The position numbers were made by a program, and so were the translations under genes. The notes below the pieces were generated by a model. The model searched no databases. It saw nothing but the letters and a program-made list of their open reading frames with translations, and was not told where the DNA came from. Below, one piece after another: positions 16,516 through 23,925 of a stretch of DNA of 64,000 nucleotides. Numbering within the stretch: position 1 is the first letter of the stretch; every line of letters begins with the position of its first letter. The stretch is from assembly GCA_963741945.1 (NCBI GenBank), contig CAVUKA010000006.1:128001-192000 (forward strand). The letters run 5' to 3'. This DNA is from an uncultured Gemmatimonadales bacterium (lineage in GTDB: Bacteria; Gemmatimonadota; Gemmatimonadetes; Longimicrobiales; RSA9).

Positions 16516-17426
16516 TTCCCCACCTCCGACGTCGCTATGTCCACCCAATTCTTCGAGCCGTCCGCACCCACGTGCGTGGCCGACCACGTGACCCGCTGTT
16601 GCATGAGCTCGAGCACTTCCGACTCCAGCTTGCCGCCCACTTCCAGTGGCCGATCCTCCCAGCGCACCTGGTGGTACGTGAAATACTTCGCCACGAAGTG
16701 CATCATCTGACTGAACGGCAGATAGGCCAGGAACACACCGGCCACCAGGACGTGCGCTGCCAGCGGCGCCGGCACCGTGACCGACGCATCCGCCGTCAGC
16801 AGCGCCCCGGCCACCCCCAGCGCCCTCGCCCCGAACGACGGCACGGCCACCACGGCCCACACGCCCGTGCCGAACAGCGCCAGCAGGAGCAGCAGGTTGA
16901 AATAGGCCACCCTCGTGGTCATCGCCCGCAGGCTCCCCATCGCCATCCGGCTCACCAGCAGCCCCAGCGCCCCGATGCCGCCCAGCACGAAGCTCGCGCC
17001 GGCGAGCACCGTGAGCCCGGTGCCCACCACGGCCGACGTCGCCGCCGCCACACCCAGCAGTCCCAGCACTGCCGCCAGGACCGCGAGACCCGTCAGCGCC
17101 ATGAGCACGTACAGACCGAGGTGGAACGGGTACGACGACCACCAGAGCGGGCGGTTGTGCTCCCACAGCGCCTTGAGGAATACGATCTCTTTCGCCATGT
17201 ACCCGAGCTCGCCCGCCAGCGATTCCTCCCGCGGCTTCTTCCACCACTCGTACTCTTCCAGGTACGAGCCACCATAACGGCCGCGCCCCTTCTCCTTCGG
17301 TACGGGCGCCAGCTCCCAGCGCAGGTGCACCGGCAGCCGCGCCAGCCCCACGGATCGGACCAGGAACGCGACGAGGAACGTGCCGAGAAGGACGTATCCA
17401 GCAGCCAACAGCAGGGGACCGGGCAT
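16512..17426 (-). CDS. NarI/DsrM-like membrane cytochrome b
   Basis: LRWELAPVP, YPFHLG, AHVLVAGVFLAYLPFSQMMHF; multiple TM helices; start 17426 (alternative 17435). Confidence 0.78.
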   Translation of the reverse strand: MPGPLLLAAGYVLLGTFLVAFLVRSVGLARLPVHLRWELAPVPKEKGRGRYGGSYLEEYEWWKKPREESLAGELGYMAKEIVFLKALWEHNRPLWWSSYPFHLGLYVLMALTGLAVLAAVLGLLGVAAATSAVVGTGLTVLAGASFVLGGIGALGLLVSRMAMGSLRAMTTRVAYFNLLLLLALFGTGVWAVVAVPSFGARALGVAGALLTADASVTVPAPLAAHVLVAGVFLAYLPFSQMMHFVAKYFTYHQVRWEDRPLEVGGKLESEVLELMQQRVTWSATHVGADGSKNWVDIATSEVGK

Positions 17427-17522
17427 TGTCGTCATCTCCGGAGCGCAGTGATGGTGCCGCTCACCGAAGCCCCCATGCGCGCGGCGCTGTCAAAGTTAAG
17501 AAGTCGCACACGTGCGCGGGCT

Positions 17523-17544
17523 AATCGTGGCAAACGTCACGATT
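17523..17544. promoter_or_regulatory. Candidate Rex operator (controls the - strand DsrMK-like operon)
   Basis: AATCGTG-N8-CACGATT with perfect 7-bp arms, just downstream of a minus-strand TTGACG-N17-CAAGCT promoter candidate (17575-17547). Confidence 0.65.
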
Positions 17545-17615
17545 GGAGCTTGCAGCGTCGGCGCCACGGCGTCAAGTACCCCGTTCGCGGAGGGTCGCGA
17601 GGGGCGGGCCCGGGA

Positions 17616-17666
17616 ATCGTGCCAAGTATCACGAGGGTTGACCTTTGGCTGCACTGGCGCCAGCAT
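17616..17666 (+). promoter_or_regulatory. Candidate Rex operator abutting rex sigma70 promoter
   Basis: ATCGTG-CCAAGTAT-CACGAG (17616-17635) followed by TTGACC-N17-CAGCAT (17638-17666). Confidence 0.6.
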
Positions 17667-17742
17667 TGTCGGGGGTGAGAGCTCATGTCGCGCGGCCGCC
17701 AGCCCGTCGCGCGTGTCCTGATCATGGAGGCACTGAATACCC

Positions 17743-18435
17743 GTGGTTCGCCTGCGACGCGTGGTGCTCGAGCGACTGATCCGATACTACCGGTACCTGA
17801 CGGAAGTCACAGCCAGGCGGCCGCTTCAGACCGTCACGAGTGGCCAGCTGGCAGCGGTGCTGGACGTGGATGCCAGCCAGGTGCGCAAGGACTTCAGCGC
17901 CGTGGGGCTTGTGGGTGTCAGCCGGGTGGGCTACGACGTCTGCGAGGTCTGCCGTACGATCCGAAGCGAGCTGGGCTTCGACAACTCGTACGAGGCGGTG
18001 CTGGTGGGCGCGGGGCACCTGGGAGTGGCGCTGGCGAACTACGGCGGCTTCGAGCGTTACGGCCTGCGTGTGGTGGCCGTGTTCGACAGCAACCCCGACG
18101 TGGTCGGCCAGCCGATCGGCAATCTCATGGTGAAGTCGGTGCACGACCTCAAGGGCTTCGTCGAGCAGCGCCGTGTCCCCGCTGCCATCCTGACCACGCC
18201 GGCCAGCGTCGCCCAGTCGCTCGCCGACCTGCTCGTGATGTCCGGCGTCAAGGCCATCTGGAACTTCACCCCCACACGCCTCAACGTGCCCGACGACGTC
18301 CTCGCCAGGAACGAGCACATCTCCGTGGGCCTGGCCCAGATCTCGTTCCATCTCAACGGCGTCCTCGAAGGCGATCGACCCGGCAACCCCGTCGGGCTCT
18401 GCTGCGCCGAGAACGGGACGAAGCTGTCCCGGTAG
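17743..18435 (+). CDS. rex: Redox-sensing transcriptional repressor Rex
   Basis: RLIRYYRYL, VTSGQLA..SQVRKDFS..GVSRVGY, VLVGAGHLGVAL, AVFD, AIWNFTP; start uncertain. Confidence 0.93.
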   Translation: MVRLRRVVLERLIRYYRYLTEVTARRPLQTVTSGQLAAVLDVDASQVRKDFSAVGLVGVSRVGYDVCEVCRTIRSELGFDNSYEAVLVGAGHLGVALANYGGFERYGLRVVAVFDSNPDVVGQPIGNLMVKSVHDLKGFVEQRRVPAAILTTPASVAQSLADLLVMSGVKAIWNFTPTRLNVPDDVLARNEHISVGLAQISFHLNGVLEGDRPGNPVGLCCAENGTKLSR

Positions 18436-18564
18436 CCCCGGCCCTGCCATCGCCAGCGACCGGGCCGCATCCGGACTTCCTCGCTCGCCACCCATACCCC
18501 CCGCATCCGCCTGCCGTTGGGCGACTTCTCTTTCCTCGGTCGTCAACCCCTGGCAAGGACCCCC

Positions 18565-18618
18565 TTGACAACCCCGATCCGGACCCCGTATAGATCGATT
18601 CGTGAATCTTATCTCGAA
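18565..18618 (+). promoter_or_regulatory. sigma70-type promoter with adjacent Rex-like box upstream of aprB
   Basis: TTGACA (18565-18570), TATAGA at 18-nt spacing, then TTCGTGAA-TCTT-ATCTCGAA (18599-18618). Confidence 0.6.
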
Positions 18619-18774
18619 TTCCGCCGACGCACCGCTGCACGCGGCCTTCCGGGATGAGATGATGGGTCTGCCGGCCCGTTGGACGCCGGACCCGACGGTG
18701 GATGCGGCCCCGCGCACGGCGCGCCGGGTGCGCGAAGGAAGCCGAGTTGGCGCAGTACGTTTTTTTTGCTGGTT

Positions 18775-18794
18775 TTCGTGATTGGTTTCACAAA
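18775..18794. promoter_or_regulatory. Rex operator upstream of aprB
   Basis: TTCGTGATTGGTTTCACAAA, close to the Rex consensus TTGTGAA-N4-TTCACAA. Confidence 0.75.
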
Positions 18795-18842
18795 TCGGGA
18801 TCCCCTCTGGCGCGCTGGCCCGCGCGGAAAGGACGAGAAGAC

Positions 18843-19310
18843 ATGCCGAGCTTCGTGATCCCGGACAAATGTGACGGCTGCAAGGCACTCGACAAGACTG
18901 CCTGCCAGTACATTTGCCCGAACGATCTCATGGTGTTGAACAAGGACACCATGAAGGCCTACAATCAGGACCCCTCGATGTGCTGGGAGTGCTACAGCTG
19001 CGTGAAGATCTGCCCGAACCAGGCGATCGAAGTGCGCGGCTACGCCGATTTCGTGCCGATGGGCGCGAAGGTGTCGGCGATGCGGAGCTCCGAGGACATC
19101 ATGTGGACGATTCAGTTCCGCGACTCTCAGATCCGGCCGAAGCGGTTCAAGTTCCCGATCCGCAGGGGCGTGTCCGAGGGACAGGCGGATCCGTTCGGTC
19201 ACTATTCCACAGGCGACAACGACATCAAGAGCCCGACCCTCATGTCCGAGCCGGAGGGGCTGAACACGGAACGTGGTCCGCTGAAGTTCGACGCGGTCCC
19301 GACGCTGTGA
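18843..19310 (+). CDS. aprB: Adenylylsulfate reductase beta subunit
   Basis: MPSFVIPDKCDGCKALDKTACQYICPNDLM, CWECYSCVKICP, IEVRGYADFVP, KRFKFPIR. Confidence 0.97.
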   Translation: MPSFVIPDKCDGCKALDKTACQYICPNDLMVLNKDTMKAYNQDPSMCWECYSCVKICPNQAIEVRGYADFVPMGAKVSAMRSSEDIMWTIQFRDSQIRPKRFKFPIRRGVSEGQADPFGHYSTGDNDIKSPTLMSEPEGLNTERGPLKFDAVPTL

Positions 19311-19365
19311 TCGCGAGCGGTATGCGACGCGGGTATCGAAAGCGAATCCAAGGAGACAAGGGACA

Positions 19366-21294
19366 ATGGCGGACTTCGAGACTGTAGTCGTCGACACCGA
19401 CCTCCTGATCTGCGGGGGCGGGATGGCCGCGTGTGGCGCGGCCGTGGAGGCGTCGTACTGGGCGCAGCAGAACGGTCTGAAGGTGACCGTGGTGGACAAG
19501 GCGGCCATGGACCGTTCGGGAGCGGTGGCCATGGGGCTGAGCGCCATCAACCAGTACGTGGATCTGAACAGCGGGAAGAACACCCTGAAGGATTACTGCG
19601 ACTACGTGCGCAACGACCTGATGGGGATCACGCGCGAGGACCTGGTGGCGAGCATCGCGCGGCACGTGGATGACACGGTGCACCTGTTCGAGAAGTGGGG
19701 TCTTCCGATCTGGAAGGATCAGGAAGGCAACTTTGTGCACGAGGGTCGCTGGCAGCTGATGATCAACGGCGAGTCGTACAAGATCATCGTGGCCGAGGCG
19801 GCGAAGAACGCGCTGGCGAAGGCGAACGGTGAGTACTTCGAGCGCGTGTTCATCACGCACCCGCTGATGGACGGCAACAAGTGCGTGGGGGCGATCGGCT
19901 TCAGCGTGCGCGAGAACAAGGTGTATGTGTTCCGTGCGAAGGCGGTCCTCGCATCGATGGGCGGAGCGGTGCACGTGTTCAAGCCGCGGTCGACGGGTGA
20001 GGGCTTCGGCCGCAGCTGGTATCCGCCGTTCAACTCGGGCGCGAGCACGTTCTTCACGCTGTACGCGGGCGCCGAGCAGACGTGCCAGGAAGTGCGCTTC
20101 ATCCCGGTTCGGTTCAAGGACGCGTACGGCCCGGTGGGCGCGTGGTTCCTGCTGTTCAAGTCGATCGCGACGAACGCGTACGGCGGCAACTACATGAAGG
20201 ACAACGCCGCCGAGCTGGAGAAGTGGATGCCGTACGGCAGCGTCAAGCCGAGCCCGGCGAACATCCGCAACTGGCTGATGATGCTGGACGTGATGGATGG
20301 CAAGAGCCCGATCTACATGCAGACGGCCGAGGCCATCAAGCGTATCGCCGACACGGCGCCGGACGAGAAGGCGGCCGCGCGGAAGCTGAAGGAGCTGGAG
20401 GCGGAGGCGTGGGAGGACTTCCTGGACATGACGATCTCGCAGGCGATCCTGTGGGCCGCGTCGAACGTGGAGCCGGAGAAGAAGCCTTCGGAGATCATGG
20501 CATGCGATCCGTACTTCATTGGTTCGCACTCGGGCGCTTCGGGCGCGTGGGTGTCCGGTCCTGAGGACCTCCAGACGGCCGAGACGAAGGACGAGTACTT
20601 CTGGGGCTACCCCAACATGACGACGGTGGACGGGCTGTTCGCCGCCGGCGACGCGTCGGGCGCCTCCAGTCACAAGTTCTCGTCGGGCTCGTTCACGGAG
20701 GGTCGGATCGCAGGCAAGGCGGCGGTCGCCTACATCCTGGACCACAACCAGGCGCCGGAGGTGGACGCCGGCCAGGTCGAGGCGCTGAAGGACAAGATCC
20801 TCAAGCCGTTGAAGCTGTTCGAGGAGCACAAGGGCGCCACGACGGATCCGGAGATCAACCCGAACTACATCCGGCCGCGCCAGTTCATGTATCGGCTGCA
20901 GAAGATCATGGACGAGTACGCGGGTGGCGTGTCCTCGCAGTTCAAGACCAACGACAAGCTGCTTGAAAAGGGTCAGGAGCTGCTGGACTTCCTGAAGGAG
21001 GACGCCGATTCGCTGGCGGCCGAGAACCTCCACGAGCTCATGCGCTCGTGGGAGGCAGTCCACCGGATGTATCAGGGCGAGGCGCACGTGCGCTCGATCC
21101 TGTTCCGCGAGGAGACCCGCTGGCCGGGCTACTACTTCCGAGCGGACAAGCCGTCGATGGACAACGAGAACTGGCTGGCCTTCTGCAACTGTCAGTATGA
21201 CCGCACGACGGGCGAGTGGAAGATGATCAAGCGCCCGGTGAAGTACATCACGCAGGCATCACCGGCTGCGAAGCCGGAGATGGTGAACGCCTGA
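19366..21294 (+). CDS. aprA: Adenylylsulfate reductase alpha subunit
   Basis: RSGAVAMGLSAIN, WQLMINGESYK, RFKDAYGPVGAWFL, WEDFLDM, HKFSSGS, REETRWPGYY. Confidence 0.98.
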   Translation: MADFETVVVDTDLLICGGGMAACGAAVEASYWAQQNGLKVTVVDKAAMDRSGAVAMGLSAINQYVDLNSGKNTLKDYCDYVRNDLMGITREDLVASIARHVDDTVHLFEKWGLPIWKDQEGNFVHEGRWQLMINGESYKIIVAEAAKNALAKANGEYFERVFITHPLMDGNKCVGAIGFSVRENKVYVFRAKAVLASMGGAVHVFKPRSTGEGFGRSWYPPFNSGASTFFTLYAGAEQTCQEVRFIPVRFKDAYGPVGAWFLLFKSIATNAYGGNYMKDNAAELEKWMPYGSVKPSPANIRNWLMMLDVMDGKSPIYMQTAEAIKRIADTAPDEKAAARKLKELEAEAWEDFLDMTISQAILWAASNVEPEKKPSEIMACDPYFIGSHSGASGAWVSGPEDLQTAETKDEYFWGYPNMTTVDGLFAAGDASGASSHKFSSGSFTEGRIAGKAAVAYILDHNQAPEVDAGQVEALKDKILKPLKLFEEHKGATTDPEINPNYIRPRQFMYRLQKIMDEYAGGVSSQFKTNDKLLEKGQELLDFLKEDADSLAAENLHELMRSWEAVHRMYQGEAHVRSILFREETRWPGYYFRADKPSMDNENWLAFCNCQYDRTTGEWKMIKRPVKYITQASPAAKPEMVNA

Positions 21295-21302
21295 CCGGTA
21301 TA

Positions 21303-21330
21303 CCCGGGCCGTGCGCCTGCGCGGCCCGGG
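21303..21330 (+). other. GC-rich stem-loop after aprA
   Basis: CCCGGGCCGTGC-GCCT-GCGCGGCCCGGG, 12-bp stem with one G-U pair; no U tract. Confidence 0.55.
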
Positions 21331-21428
21331 GCCGGCGAGGGGGGACAGGCAACAGGGAGGCACTCTCCGGGCGGCGCATCGGTCGCCCGGAGGGGGCACC
21401 CGGGAAATCAGGGGAAGCGAGGCCGCTT

Positions 21429-21716
21429 ATGCCGGACACTCCATTGACCTGCCCGTATTGCGGGTCACGCATGAAGAAATGGCGCGTGCCCGACGGGACG
21501 AGTTGGGATGCGGAGTACTTCATGGTCTGTTTCGACGATGAATGCTCGTACTACCGCGACGGATGGACCTGGATGCGGGAGCAGTTCAGGCAGGAGGCCT
21601 CGTACCGCTACGCCGTGGACCCGCGCGAGGGTCAGCGCTGGATGATTCCCGTCTGGTCGCCCACCGCCACGAAGGAAATGATCGTGGAGGAGAGCGTGGA
21701 GGGAGCGGCGCAATGA
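21429..21716 (+). CDS. Small zinc-ribbon-like protein
   Basis: CPYC..VCFDDECSYY..GW; ATGA-coupled to next gene. Confidence 0.75.
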   Translation: MPDTPLTCPYCGSRMKKWRVPDGTSWDAEYFMVCFDDECSYYRDGWTWMREQFRQEASYRYAVDPREGQRWMIPVWSPTATKEMIVEESVEGAAQ

Positions 21717-22606
21717 CCCCGACGACGATATCCACGGTGGAAGGGGAGCACGCGAAGCTCCGGGAGCAGATTCTGGCGGAGCGTCCGCGCCTCGGCCGGG
21801 ACGACACCTTCCGCTTCGGCTGCCACGCGGGCGTGGCGTGCTTCAATCGCTGTTGCAACGACGTCAACATCTTCCTCTCCCCCTATGACGTGCTTCGCAT
21901 GCGCGAGCGTCTGGGGATGGGCTCCACCGAGTTCCTCGAGAAGCACACGCTGCTCCCCGTGCAGAAGGACATGAGGACTCCGGTCGTCGTGCTCCGGATG
22001 CGCGACGAGGAGGGGCACCCCTGTCCGTTCGTGGGGGCGGCCGGGTGCAGCATCTACGCGGACCGGCCGTGGCCGTGCCGCATGTACCCGCTGGGGCTCG
22101 CGACATCGAAGGACACGGCGGACGGCTGGAGGGGGGAGCGCTTCTACTTCCTCCTGGAGGAAGAGAAGTGTCTTGGTCACCGCGACGCGACGGAGTGGAC
22201 CGTCGACGGCTGGCTCGAGAACCAGGGTGTGGAGGAGTTCGACCGCTGGGGCGAGGCATACAAGGAGATGGCGCTGCACGACTACTTCGAGAAGGGCGGC
22301 GTCCTCAGTCCCGAAAAGATGGAGATGTTCTACACCGCCTGCTACGACCTGGACAAGTTCCGCACGTTCGTCTTCGAGACCTCGCTGCTGAAGAAGTTCG
22401 AGGTGGACGAGGACTTCGTCGACGAGATGCGCTACAGCGACGAGGCACTGCTTCGCTTCGGCTTCCTCTGGCTCCGCTTCAGCCTGTTCGGTGAGGCGAC
22501 CATGAAGATGCGCGAGGAGGCGGTCCGCGAAGCGCAGGACCGGCTGGAGCGACGCGTCATCCAGGACAGCAGGCGCACGCGCGCGGCGCAGGAAGGGGTG
22601 CGATGA
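21713..22606 (+). CDS. YkgJ-family (CxxCxxCC) cysteine-cluster protein
   Basis: FRFGCHAGVACFNRCC, LSPYD, CPFV..GCSIYADRPWPCRMYPLG, CLGH. Confidence 0.85.
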   Translation: MTPTTISTVEGEHAKLREQILAERPRLGRDDTFRFGCHAGVACFNRCCNDVNIFLSPYDVLRMRERLGMGSTEFLEKHTLLPVQKDMRTPVVVLRMRDEEGHPCPFVGAAGCSIYADRPWPCRMYPLGLATSKDTADGWRGERFYFLLEEEKCLGHRDATEWTVDGWLENQGVEEFDRWGEAYKEMALHDYFEKGGVLSPEKMEMFYTACYDLDKFRTFVFETSLLKKFEVDEDFVDEMRYSDEALLRFGFLWLRFSLFGEATMKMREEAVREAQDRLERRVIQDSRRTRAAQEGVR

Positions 22607-23925
22607 ACGGCAACGGCACGCGCGGCCGGATCCTGGTGATCGGAGGTGGGATCAGCGGGATCACGGCGGCCGTGGAAGCGTCGGAGGCCGGCGCGGAGGT
22701 GGTGCTGGTGGAGCGGGAGGCGTTCGTGGGCGGCCGTGTGGCGGCGCTCAACGAGTATTTCCCGAAGCTCTGCCCGCCGAGCTGCGGTCTCGAGATCAAC
22801 GTGCGGCGGATCAAGACCAGTCCGCGGATCCGGGTGCTGACGCTCTCGGAGGTCGAGAAGGTGACGGGGGAGCCCGGGAGCTACCGGGCCACGATCCGCA
22901 AGAACCCACGCTACGTGCGGGACAACTGCACGGCGTGCGGTGCGTGCGTGGATGCCTGTCCGGTGGAGCGGCCGGATGCCTACAACCTGGGCATGGGGAC
23001 GACCAGAGCGGTCTACCTCCCCCACGACATGGCGTATCCGTTCCGCTTCGCGATCGATGACAGCGTCTGCCCGGGCGAATCGTGCGGCAAGTGCGTGCCG
23101 GCGTGTCCGTTCGACGCCATCGACCTGGGAATGGAGCCCGAGACGCTGGAGCTGGACGTGAGCTCGGTGATCTGGGCCACGGGGTGGTCTCCGCCGGACG
23201 CGGAGAAAATCGAGGGCCTGGGCTTCGGCACGCATCCGGACATCATCACGAACGTCATGATGGAGCGCCTGGCCGCGCCGGCCGGTCCCACCGGCGGTGT
23301 GATCCGCAAGCGCTCCGACGGCGAGCCGATCCGGTCCATCGCCTTCGTGCAGTGCGCGGGCTCCCGGGACGAGAACTACCTGCGCCAGTGCTCCGGCGTG
23401 TGCTGCATGGCCTCCCTGAAGCAGGCCCGCTACGTCCGGGCGCAGTACCCGGATGCCGACATCTACGTCTTCTACATCGACATCCGCGCGCCCGGTCGGC
23501 TCGAGGACTTCTACCAGGCGTCGCAGGAGGACGAGAAGCTCCATCTCATCAAGGGGAAGGTGGCGAAAGTCACGCCGCTCCCCGACGGCGGGATCGAGGT
23601 GATGGCGGAGGACACGCTCTCGGGCGGCCGCGTCCACCAGGCCGTGGACATGGTGGTCCTCGCCACGGGCATGGCGCCCGTGGGCGCGGGTGGCACCGAG
23701 GTCGAGGGGGGCCTCCGCACGGATGACTTCGGGTTCTTCACCGTCGAGCAGCCGCAGGCCGGGCTGCTGGCGGCGGGGTGTGCGCGGCAGCCGCTGGACG
23801 TGGCCGCGTGCGTGAGAGACGCGACGGGGGCGGCGCTCAAGGCGCTCAGCTTCTGCGGGGCGGGACGTGAGTCAAGGGGGGCCGACGCCCAGGCTCCCGC
23901 GTTCTCGGAGGCGGGACGTGGATAA
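22603..23925 (+). CDS. qmoA: Quinone-interacting membrane oxidoreductase subunit A (HdrA-like)
   Basis: VIGGGISG, YFPKLCPPSCGLEI, FVQCAGSRDENYL..CSGVCCMASLKQ, DATGAALKA. Confidence 0.95.
   Translation: MNGNGTRGRILVIGGGISGITAAVEASEAGAEVVLVEREAFVGGRVAALNEYFPKLCPPSCGLEINVRRIKTSPRIRVLTLSEVEKVTGEPGSYRATIRKNPRYVRDNCTACGACVDACPVERPDAYNLGMGTTRAVYLPHDMAYPFRFAIDDSVCPGESCGKCVPACPFDAIDLGMEPETLELDVSSVIWATGWSPPDAEKIEGLGFGTHPDIITNVMMERLAAPAGPTGGVIRKRSDGEPIRSIAFVQCAGSRDENYLRQCSGVCCMASLKQARYVRAQYPDADIYVFYIDIRAPGRLEDFYQASQEDEKLHLIKGKVAKVTPLPDGGIEVMAEDTLSGGRVHQAVDMVVLATGMAPVGAGGTEVEGGLRTDDFGFFTVEQPQAGLLAAGCARQPLDVAACVRDATGAALKALSFCGAGRESRGADAQAPAFSEAGRG

Noticed and set aside
13436-17247. ORF-track lengths of 748 aa and 778 aa for the sigma54 activator and CCG protein
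   Set aside because: N-terminal extensions overlap real genes in other frames; RBS-supported starts are at 14812 and 16515.
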